Below, piece after piece: positions 12,301 to 23,300 of a stretch of DNA of 64,000 bases. A model generated the notes under the pieces. It did not search any database, was not told where the DNA came from, and saw only the letters and a list, made by a program, of their open reading frames with translations. The translations under genes and the position numbers were made by a program. The stretch is from Utricularia gibba (taxonomy: Eukaryota; Plantae; Magnoliophyta). Position 1 is the first letter of the stretch, and each line of letters starts with the position of its first letter. The stretch spans positions 124,001 through 188,000 of the forward strand of contig NEEC01000024.1 of the NCBI GenBank assembly GCA_002189035.1, written 5' to 3'.

Positions 12301-13100
12301 CTCCTGCCCCTTCGACCGATGGGGGTGGACATTATGGGGCCGTTCCCCCACACCTCGGGTCAAAGGAAATTTGTCATCATGGGTGTCGAATATTTCTCCA
12401 AGTGGGTAGAGGCTGAAGCCGTGGCAAAGATATCAGAGGTGATCGTTATCTGATTTTTGTGGAAAAACATCTTCATTCGGTTTGGAATTCCTTAAGAGCT
12501 AGTGACTGATAACGGGACCCAATTCGCCGAAGGAAAAATGGACGCATTCCTGGATAAATACTCGGTTAAGCACAACTTCATTTCGGTATATCACCCGCAA
12601 AGCAATGGCCTCACAGAGGTAACGAACCGAATGTTCCGACTAGGTATGAAGACTAAGCTCGAAGAATATTTGGGGGGTCATGGGCAGATCGCTTGGATGA
12701 GGTACTGTGGTCATATCGCACTACCCCTTGAACCACCACAGAGGAATCCCCATTCTTATTGGTTTACGGTTCAGAAGCCATATGCCCCATCGAATTGACC
12801 CTGAAGAGCTACCGGGTGGAGCATTATAATGAAGAAGAAAATACTGACCTCCGAAAACTGGAATTGGAGCTGTTGGAAGAGAAGCGACAAAGCATCTATA
12901 GCCGACTAGGGGCTTATCAGAGAAGAATGGAGAAGAGTTACAACAACTCGGTATCCCCAAGGGAGTTCTCCGAAGGAGATTTGGTGCTCCGAAGCATCCA
13001 ACCACAGAGACACGTCGGGAAATTAGACCGCAACTGGGAAGGCCCTTATCGGATTTTAGGGTGATCGGAAAAGGAGCATACCAACTGGAACAATTAGGTG
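9300..13100 (+). pseudogene. Tat pol: protease, RT, RNase H, additional (archaeal-type) RNase H, integrase with GPY motif; multiple stops and frameshifts
   Basis: RRILIDQGSSCNIM; KWRMCIDFTDLN, YVAMPFGLKNA, VYVDDMIVKS; WAMYVDGS...NNVAEYEALIEGM...YTDSRLV; HEGECGSHIG; TDNGTQF, YHPQSNGLTEVTNR; NWEGPYRI. Confidence 0.93.
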
Positions 13101-13234
13101 GCGTGGAACTCCCAAGGTCGATTACGCAAGATTCGGCATTCTCTTCCCCAAAACGCTCACGCGCCTATGAATTCCTCCGAAATGGAGATGGGTAAACAAA
13201 ACCACAATCCCTGGCCGAATCACGTAAGTCCAGG

Positions 13235-15316
13235 CGATAACGTCTAGCATGTTCTCATCCTTCATCAGGGGATTTATCCTGTCGAAGCGCAGATCCATAA
13301 TTGAAAGGCCGAACTCCCGACTGAACTGTCGTCTTTGGCGGTATAGAAGGAGGCCGATTAAGTCTCCGGCATAGGCCGGCATAGGCATTCGATAATTCGG
13401 AAAAGCAGGCTGAGTTCACGAAGTCCTCCAAAAGTCTTCCGCGAGATGCTTCCTGGTTGTGTAGCTTTGCTTCTAGGGCCGATACACGATCCTTGGCTTG
13501 TTTCAGCTCCGCCTCAGTCTCCTCGAGTTGCACTTTGAAGCCTTCTTTCTCGGAGTTGGCATCATCAATTGCCTTCCCTATTTCATTAACCAGGGTCTGC
13601 AACTCCTCTTCTCGGCGGGTACGCTTCCCGAGTATGCACCTCAATGCACTCCCTTCTTCCCCTAACGATTTTATCTTGGCATCCTGAGCCGTGATTTGAG
13701 CTTGAAGCCGAGAGACTTCCTCAGAATGAGATCCCATCTCTTTGGCCATCCCCCATCCGAAGGTCAAAGCCTATGATGAAATCGGCGAGCGAGGAATCAA
13801 ATATATTTGCTTACCCAAGAGAGAGAAGAAGAAAAGAAGAAGGAAGAGGGAATACCTGCCAAATCCCTTTGAGTACAACCTCTGGTTGAATTCCCGCAAG
13901 GTTGGGAGTGGCCTCTTCTAAGGCTTTTCGTAGCCCTAAGGGGAAGGAAGAGGGGGGAAAGGCAGGATCCTCCCTTACCTGGTTCGGAGAGGATGAAATT
14001 CCCCCTATGTCACTAGGAGGGACCGAAGCCCCAGCCGAGATCCGCCCAATGCCGGGAGCCGGATCATTATCGGATATCGGTGAAGGCGGGAGCCTTTCTT
14101 TTCCTTTCCCAGACGGAGGAGGAGTTGATTCCCGAGTCCCGGGAACCTCGACCACTTGACTCTCTGGGAGGTGACCAACAGCATCTGAGTGAGCTGAGAG
14201 TGAATCGGCCTGGAAAGAAAGTTAAAAAGTTAGAACCGAATACTCTTAGCAACGGGCCATCAGGAATAAGATAGACCTGTGCAGGGGAGGGCATCTCAGG
14301 TTCCTGCATCCTCTGCATCTCGGCGGAGAACCACGCCATTACCGAATCTTCCAGGGACTTCTTCGAGCCATCTCTTCAGCTGAAGATGAAAGTAGAAAAA
14401 GCAATAAGGCACAGTGCCGATTCTAAGACTCGGGGAAGCTAAACCCAACTGCCTCTTTGCCTCTTTGAGGGTTTATGCGCAAGCGCCTTAACCCTCTTCT
14501 TTTTCTTGAGGGCCCCGCTTTGAATAGGTAGGGGAATCAGAATTGAGGCCGAAATAAGAGGAAGGGATGGAAATGGGCTAAGAGGAAGGTTTCTCGAATC
14601 GATGCCACCGGAAGAAATAATATCGGGCCAATGGGGGTCTCGAGAGCAACCGATAATACCTGATCTTTTCAGCGACACACCCGAGAACATCAAGGAATGA
14701 GACTCATACCGAACCGAGCCTCGACTGAGCCTCTCGTAAAGAACTTCGCGAGATTCGGAAGAAGACCGATACGCACCAAAGATTTTAACCCTGAAAGGAG
14801 TTGGAGGATCGACTGGGAAGTTCCACCGAAAACCCAAAGGGGGGGCTACCCAAACAAAAGAAGACCACCAATCATGATGGGTATCGGGGGCTTTAACGAC
14901 AAAGTTGGGGTTATCTTCAAACCGACGGAATTGAAAATGAGATCGCCCATCCATCGAGGACTTCGCTTTACGCACGGCAATCTTGAAGAGATGGAGGAAG
15001 TCTACTAGAGTCATAACCGGGTCCATACCGGCCGAATAGAAAAGGAAGGTAGTGAAGCAGAATATAGAATTCAGGGCGAGGCAATAAAGTGGAATCGCAA
15101 AGGTGGAGAGGAAGCGGACTATTAAAGGATGGAGTGGGAAGCGTAAACCACTCTCGAAATAGGCAAGCGGAACTGGAAGACTGAATGGAGGCAGAGGGGC
15201 CTCGCCAATCCCCAAAGGATTTTGGCATCCCGAGCAGGAGAAATCTGATACTCATCAGAAATCGAATACCGAATGCGCAGAGATGGGATGTCAAGTTCAC
15301 TAGATCTCCTACCCAT
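13235..15316 (-). pseudogene. Spliced antisense accessory gene of Tat copy B (Transposase_28/gypsy-ORF-like N-terminal domain, low-complexity linker, coiled coil); 3' end deleted
   Basis: AYFESGLRFPLHPLIVRFL..FAIPLYCLALNSI motif. Predicted introns at 14380-14452 (GC-AG), 14210-14276 (GT-AG) and 13771-13855 (GT-AG). The last exon is a heptad-rich coiled coil. Confidence 0.8.
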
Positions 15317-15758
15317 TTTCAAAAAATCGAAAGAAGCCCCAAACCCTAGGACGAGGTGGAAGTCAGAAAGGGAAAAGACTCAGAAAGGCGATAACTACCC
15401 GTCAAAGTTCCCGGAAATCTAAAGGAGAGTTAAGCAACCGTAGGGATGCAAAAAGACACGGAGAAGGAGCGGATACCTGAGAAATCTGTAATCTCCGGCG
15501 GATAACACGGCGCCAAGCACGACGGAGTTCAAAGGGTGCTAGAATCTCATGAGCGAACGAAGAAAGCAAAGGGGAGAAATGACAAGGGGTGCGGATATTT
15601 ATAATGAAGAAGTCGGGAGACGAAGCGACACGACGTTTCAGGTACCCCGGATGGGCGGGAAAAAACGTGGCGTGTTTATGGGCCGACGCGTGGTAGAGAT
15701 ATCGGTACAAAGCGGTTTGTGGCTCATGCGAACAAGATGGCACCTTGGAAGTCGGCAT

Positions 15759-16334
15759 TGTGGTGATTCTGATTCCCCGATTTACCCCGGAAGGGCCAAT
15801 ATCGACAAATCAGAGGGGCTGAATGATAAGGGATAAACCGGTCGGATATAATCGGTTCCTAAAAGGCTGCCAAAAGAGATCCCGAGGGGATAACGCCAGA
15901 TGACAGATCGACATCTGTCAGAAATCTGACAGGTATGGCCATATGATACAATATGAAAAGCGGCTGAATTACGGCATAACAGGCGGCCGATATCTGAAAA
16001 CCGAGATCGTATAGCAGGAGCAGAAAGCAACCGATATTTGCAGACACCAGAATTCGGTCAGAGTGAGCTCTCCTATAAATAGGAGGAATTATGATGAAAG
16101 GGTGGTTGGACTAAAAAGATTTCTTCAAGTTGTATTCTCCTTTTTCGCGACCTCCATCTAGTGAAACTCTTTTCCGGCGAGCTCCGGCAACTCCGTGGTT
16201 TTTCCGCTTTCCGGCGATTTCCACGTAAAAAATCCTTGCTCACTCTTATTTTAATCGCACCAACCATGAAGAACGTGACTAAGTGTGGCATTCCCGACTT
16301 ATCACCTAAAATCGGCCTCCCACTCGGATCCCGA
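15759..16334 (+). repeat. 3' LTR of Tat copy B (last ~14 bp lost)
   Basis: Starts TGTGGTGATTCTGATTCCCCG and aligns to 42300-42881 and to the 5' LTR. It merges with fragment D over a shared CGGATCCCGA. Confidence 0.88.
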
Positions 16335-17345
16335 GCCCCGGATGCCTCTATCATTCGAACCTCCTCAACAGAATGGCCCTTGGCATTTGGACGGCTTTCA
16401 GGCGAACTGGCCTGAAAGAAGAATTGGAAGAGGTCAAAACCGGAAACCTACGGTAACCAGGAAATGCAAGATAGATCTGTACAAGAGGAGCCGCTTCCAA
16501 TTCCTGCATTCTTTGCATCTCGGCAGAGAAGCGGGCCATCACCGAGTCTTCCAACGCACTCCTTTTGGCCATCTCTTCAGCTGCAAAATCCAAAAGCAAA
16601 ATCGGGAAAGTGATAAGGCACATGTCGTATCGGAAAACCGGGAAAATAGAACCTAACTACCTCTTGGCTGCTTAGAGGGTTTAGGGGCAACCGCCTTAAC
16701 CCTTTTCTTTTTCTTGGAGGCCACAAGTCGGGTAGTAAAGAGAGTCGAAGATGAAACAGGAAGGAGGGGAGGATTTGGAGGAGAAGTAGGGCAAGGAGTT
16801 GGAAAATCGGCACCTTCAAAAGGCACAATATCAGGCTAGTGGGGGTCACGAGAACGACCGAAAATGCCATATCTCCTCAGCGACTCACCCAAAAACATGA
16901 GGGCACAAGTTTCGAAGCAGATAGAACCTCGGCTAAGCCTTTCATAGAGAACTTCACGGGATTCAGGGGAGGATCAATATGCTCCGAAGAGCTTTATTCT
17001 AAAAGGCATTGAGGGATCATTAGGGAAGTTCCACCGAGAACCTTTGGAGGTGCCACCCAGATAAAAGAAGACCACCAATCGTGGTGGGTATTAGGGGTTT
17101 TCACAATAAAATGAGAGTTATCCTCAAATTGGAGGAATTGGAAGTGGGATCGGCCATCCATCGGAGATTTGGCTTTACGAATGGCTACCTTAAAAAGATG
17201 AAGGAAGTCTACTAAAGTCATAGCCGGATCCATGCCAGTTGAATAGAATAAAAAGGTGGTAAAGCAGAAGATGGAATTCGGGGCTAGATAGTAAAGCGCC
17301 TATTGTATTTTCTCTAAGCAGGCGTAACAATTCTGAAGATGACCT
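16322..17345 (-). pseudogene. Fragment D: diverged third copy of the Tat antisense gene (part of exon 1 through start of exon 3)
   Basis: MDPAMTLVDFLHLFKVAIRKAKSPMDGRSHFQF...HHDWWSSFIWVAPP. Intron 16581-16660 is GT-AG, and the 104-nt exon 2 encodes AEEMAKRSALEDSVMARFSAEMQRMQE. Confidence 0.85.
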
Positions 17346-17349
17346 CCCA

Positions 17350-20300
17350 ATGGATTCATCATATGCATCTGAGACAGTGGAAGGGAAGTTTACTAAAGAA
17401 GAGTGGGAAGCTGTCAATAAACTGCTAAGCTACCAACCAGATGAAGATTGGATTGGCAATACAAAGGACATGCATAAAATGATACATTATATGGTGACTA
17501 TATCAATCAGCAAAGCAGCTGCAAGGATTGTCAGTATCCAAAACATCGAGATTGTCTGTGGTAGTTTCAGAAATCTTTGTATATTGATGAAGTTCATGTC
17601 TCGAAGCACCTGCTATGATGTTAAATTGCAATATTATGGTTTCACGTCACCTGAAGGATCACTTGCTGAGGTGTGTGTTAGGGGTTTGTATTTTTTTGTG
17701 TGTGAAAATGTATTTTTTGTATTTTTCGTTGTCTTTTTTATTGTGTATTGTGAAACTTATGCACTTGGGTTTAAGTCTTAACAGCAGTTGATTCCTTTTT
17801 TTTTCCACAGAGTGTCTCAAGTAAGCTGAAAAGGAATGCTTTGCAAGCTAGCTTTCTGTATACTCCAGTGAGTGAAAACGTGTGCTGGACGCTTTCAGCA
17901 ACAATTGCTCCCTGCTATTTCACAGTAACTTTGCTAGAGAATTTAAGTTGTACTAGTGACTTAATCGTAAAGATGAAGCTGAATTCCTTGAAAATTATGG
18001 ATCAGCTTGAGGATTTGTCTGGAGACAAGTATTTAGCATGCTCAGTAGTTGATGCACATGCACATGATTCACCTTTGAATTCGGAATGGGTGTAATCGTT
18101 GATCAGGTAGGTACAGATTATCAAATTTTCTGTTTTTTTTTTCAACGAGGCATTTACTAGTACTACATGTATGTCATGAAGATAAAGGTGCCTCATCCAA
18201 ATCATCCATTCACAAGAATATCTGTTAAAATTCTCAGCCTTAGGTGTGCATTTCTTGCCTTGGAGGTATTAGAGACTTCTTAAGTTGATGGCCCTACTTG
18301 GGGGGTGTAATGGCTGATGATGGCCAGCTACCAGAAGAGAATCTCCGAATACACACTCTCCCATGGCGTCATCCAGATCTGCCAAGTGATGCAAGAATTT
18401 TAGTCTGGAAGGTTAGAAACTTACTCAAACACACTACAGGTTGGCTGTTAACACCATATTATTATAATGATTTGTTGGTCTTTTCTCATTATTATAGTTT
18501 TTTTATTACAGGGAATTGGATATTCAGTTGCTGCGTGGCATCCTTGCCATGTTGTCTTGTCTGGATTTTATTTTTATGTATTGGAATCTGAAAATTCATA
18601 TAGCTATCAGCGGTGCTCAAGGTCTTTCAATACCCTCCCCCGAAAAAAAAAAGAAAAATAAAGAAGAAAAAAGAAAAAAAAAAAACAAAAAAAAAAAGAA
18701 AAGAAAGAAGAAAGAAAAAAAAAGAAAAAAAAAGAAAAGAAAAAAAAGAAAAGAAAGAAGAAAGAAAAAAAAAACAATCTTTCTACATCTGGAATTGCAG
18801 CATGGCAGGGAAACAAGTATTTGATGTTCCCCCAGCAAGTCTTGGTGGTTCTCCCACATGTATTGCTATCTGCCCTAGGGCATGGATATAAAAAAGGTAG
18901 TGATATTTTACTAATTCTGCAATTAGTCGTTCCTTTTAGCACTGTGGCTGAGTATGTGCATATTAACTTTTTTTGCATTTAAAACAACAATGCCCTTCTG
19001 TTTCATGTGAAGTCTAGGTTGAATGAAGCAAAATGTCAGTATGCTTGTCTTGCGGGACAAAATCTGGTTCGTGATTGAATTCGACTCTTAGATTATCTCT
19101 TTTTCATCCCGGTCTCTGGAGTCTTTTCGTACTTTGATAATTGAGTTCCAAAAGGAGGAGGAAAAACAAGCTTGGATAAGGGACTTGTTCAGTGTACCTA
19201 CAGAGCTTCTGTAAGAAGTTAAATCCTGTGGTCGGTTCTTTTATCTTGGATGTGCTTAGGCAATCAACATTCACTTTATTCATTGACAGGCCCCACCTTC
19301 AGTTAATATACTTGATGAAGTAATTGATGAGCATGTAGAGTTCACTGTAACTCATGACAGTATATTGAAGGTGGGTGATCTTGTTATCACTGGAACTGTG
19401 ATAGAAACCAAAATTTCATTATACGGAAAGGTCAGCAATTTTGTTTCGATTATGTTATTTAAAAACATCCATGTGCTTTTATCACAAGGCCATTACTTAT
19501 GATTGTGTCTTTTTTCTTGTTAGGGGTGAGTGTACCACCATTCTGATGTGTAAATCTGCCTTTTTCAGTTTGGAGATGACAAATGATGACATGCAGGAGA
19601 AGCTGATCCTTGAAATTCTTGCTAATGGTGGAAAGGTTTGTATTTCCTCTTATGATTTTTAATTGCTATCATCAAATCCTGACCTAGTAAGTACATAGAC
19701 CAAAAGTAAATTAAGAATTGTGGACATTATTTCCATCTTTTGCACACTGTGATATTATTGTATCTCATCATGGGAATTGATAATTTTCTTCAGCTTCACG
19801 TCTCAAGTTGTACTAGTGACTTAATCGTAAAGATGAAGCTGAATTCCTTGAAAATTATGGATCAGCTTGAGGATTTATCTGAAGACAAGTATTTAGCATG
19901 CTCAGTAGTTAACTTTAAAGATGCTTTGTCAGATTTTGTGTCTTCACAGGATCCCTCTGAATGTGGTTTACATGATATTGTTTACGAGACAATGGGATCT
20001 GATGGGTCTGATTTTGTTTCTTTTTTATTCTTGAGAAGGGATCCTAGCTCCCCTAACTATGACGGTCTTGATACCCAGGTAACTATTTGTACTCAAATTA
20101 GAAAATTGAATATCCATTTGTTTTAAATTGATCCTGCATACAGCTTATTTCAAAAAATGATCTTGCATGTTATTGTGTCTCACAATTCTTAATTTACAGA
20201 TGAGTATCCAGATGTCAAAGTTGGAATTTTATTTCAACCGGCCTACTGTTGTTGCTTTGATCAATTTTGGTGTTGATATGAGCTCTGCACATAACTTAGG

Positions 20301-23300
20301 TGATAGTTCAGACAAAGAAAATCTTGATGCTGAACCTAAAGAAAGTATTGAGCAACAATTACATGATTCATCTGTGAAAGGATTACTGGGTTATGGCAAA
20401 AGTAGGGTTTTTTTTCGTATGTATATGAAAGTTGACAGCGTCACTGTGTTTCTAAACAAAGAGGATGGTTCTCAACTTGCTATGTTCATTCAAGAAAGTT
20501 TTCAGCTGGATATCAAGGTGGTTTCTATTGTTGATTTTGTTTTTTGTACGTCCGAGACTCTACTACTGGACCACTTATTGTTATGCATAATTAGGTACAC
20601 CCAAGTTCAAACTCTATTGAGGGAACTTTGGGCAACTTGAGGTTGTGCGATCTAGGCCTTGGATGTGGGCACTGCTGGGGTTGGCTTTGTGATTTGCGTG
20701 GCCAAGTGGCAGAGTCACTGATTCAGGTCCTCTTGAACTTTTACTGGGGATTTTCCTCTCAACTTCTACTGATTTGTATTTCTTTTATTTGTCTGCGATT
20801 TGCAGTTCAAATTCAATTCCTATAGCAATCAGGATGAAGATTACGAAGGGTATGACTATAGCTTGAGTGGCTATCTTTCTGCAGTTCGCATTGTGCTCCT
20901 CTACAGATTCGTTCAGGAGGTAATTTCATTTGCACCATTTGCAAGAATTTTCTCCTTGGATTGTTACTTATTTATATTTCTCGTATGCCAAACTTATAAG
21001 CTTGATTTAACAGTCATGGTAACAAGACCATTTCAGATAGTTATAGATTTTATTTAATAATGATCATGTGATGAACATTTTATTGTGAAACGATTTATAC
21101 GGGAAAAAAAAATAGACTAGTGATTGTTTTAACTTCAATTTTTCTTTTTACTCTCATTTGCTTTTGAGTTGTGTGGTAAGTTACTTGGCAAAGTGTTCCT
21201 CAATCTTCTTCTACTTCACAGCAAAATTGATGTAGTTGGTACTCCCAAACTTCATTCACCAAATATGAATTTGCAGATAGTTGCATACTTTATGGAGCTA
21301 GCCACTCCACATACTGAAGAAGCAATTAAACTTGTTGACAAAGTAGGAGGAATAGAATGGCTTATTCAGAAAAACGAGGTTGATGGAGCATCGGCTATTA
21401 AACTTGACCTTTCCCTGGATACTCCAATAATAATAGTTCCCCAGAACTCGCATGGCAAAGAGTTAGTTTTTTGTAGCTCCCTCCATTTTTATGCTGAATC
21501 TTGCACTGTGATATGATAATATGATGTTTGTATGTGATAGCTGAGCTTCAATGAAATTATTAGTCAATTCCATCTTTTTCTTCTAAGAAGAGTTGAAATA
21601 GTTGCCTTTCTTGATTCTGCATGTTTGTTTCAAGTTTCTTGTGTTGGGGAATGCGTTTTTGGCATTATTGGATTGCTGTTCTCAAATTCTTATTTTTATC
21701 AATTGATTTTCATTTTTTTTTGTTTTTTATGATTGGTCATTTGTTTCATTGTGATGTTCTGCAATTGAATTCCCAAAATCTGCATTTAACAATCGATTCA
21801 ACTGCTTTGAACTTTCTTTTTACCACTTCTATATTTTTCTTAGGTACCGCCCTCAGTTTTATACATTCTTGGATGTTAATTTCATTGTTACAGCTTGGAA
21901 TATATTCCATCTTGTTTATCTTATAATTAAGATTTAGCAATCTTCATGAATAGACTATCACCTTTTATGGGGTTGGCTAATCTGTTGTTTAAATTCACTG
22001 AAATGTATTTTGATGCCTTTTTCTGTCTATGTATGCTACAAACTTTAAAAATTTGCTCAGGGTAAATTTGATGCCTTTTGACTTTTTTTGCATGGACACA
22101 CTTATTTGCTCATGTAGCCCCTTATGGATGTTTTCCCATCTTACATTTCTGCAGTTTCATGCAACTTGATCTTGGTCATCTACGAGTCAGAAATACATTT
22201 AGATGGCATGGAAATCCAGAGAAGGATGCTTCTGCTGTCCATCTTGATATTCTTGATGCCGAGGTTGTTACAGGCATTCATTTACTGAAATTTGTTAATG
22301 ACCTTATGCTGTTTCTTTTTTCCATTTCTTGGGATTAATGTGACTGTTGGAATAAATGGCTGTGCTGGCAAACCTATGATACGTGAAGGAAGAGAAGTTA
22401 AATTGCATGTTAGGCGCAGTTTGAGAGATGTCTTTCGCAAAGTCCCTACACTCTTCTTGGAAATTAAAGTAGTTTCTCAGTTTCTGTTCCTCAAATGCGT
22501 CTCTTTCCTGTCTTTCCTTTTGAGTAAATTAAAACTCCTGACTTCACCATCAATAGCTGAAGTTCATTCTCTTGTGGAGCAGGTGGCTTCAGTGCATGCA
22601 GTAATGTCTGATAGAGAGTATAATGTTATTCTTAGTTGTTTCTGTACAAACTTGTGTGAACCACCAAATATTCCTCCTAGTTTCAGAAATAGCCAGTCAT
22701 CCGCAAAAGACACTATTAAAATGCTGGCCGTTAAGATGAACATGAATGGCCAGATCCTTTTCTCTCGCACTGTTACAATAATGGCAGTTGAAGTTGACCA
22801 TGCGTTGCTAGAGCTATGTTATGGGGCAGATAAAGAATCACCACTGGCGTATGTTTTGGTGAGTGTTCTTGTTGAAATATTCTGCTTTTCAAATAAGGGA
22901 TGTCCTTTTTCAATTAGTTTATATTGTGCAGATTGAAGGCCTTTGGGTCTCATATCGAATGACATCATTATCAGAAGCTGAGTTATATGTCACTATTCCT
23001 AAATTCTCTATTTTAGACATTCGCCCCAATACAAAAACAGAGATGAGGTTGATGCTTGGGTCCTGTACAGATGCCCCAAGGCAGATTTCTCCTGGGCCTT
23101 CCTTGGACCGTTCTAGTTCAACGATGTTATTCATGGATGGAAGGTGGCGCACCTCATCACAATCATTTGTAATCCTGGTGCAACAGCCTCGTATTCTTTT
23201 TGTTCCGGAGTTTCTTCTTGCTGTGGGTGAATTTTTTGTGCCTGCCTTGGGTGCCATCAGTGGTAGGGAGGAAATGATGGATCCACATAATGATCCAATT

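Larger units (their letters stand above)
7413..16334 (+). mobile_element. Ty3/gypsy non-chromovirus Tat/Retand-like element, copy B (decayed; PBS and 5' leader deleted)
   Basis: Direct LTRs at ~7413-7816 and ~15759-16334. It carries gag, PR, RT, RH, an additional RNase H, INT, and a long 3' region with an antisense gene. Confidence 0.92.

Noticed and set aside
13255-13767. Coiled-coil ORF as a captured host SMC, myosin or env gene
   Set aside because: It is exon 4 of the element's antisense gene and is present in both long copies. There are no ATPase or transmembrane motifs, and coiled-coil similarity alone is uninformative.
7352-16340. TSD for Tat copy B
   Set aside because: Both outer LTR termini are missing, so no TSD or reliable age can be given.
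18516-18978. Lys-rich and Phe-rich ORFs
   Set aside because: They are translation artefacts of the A-rich tract inside a VPS13 intron.
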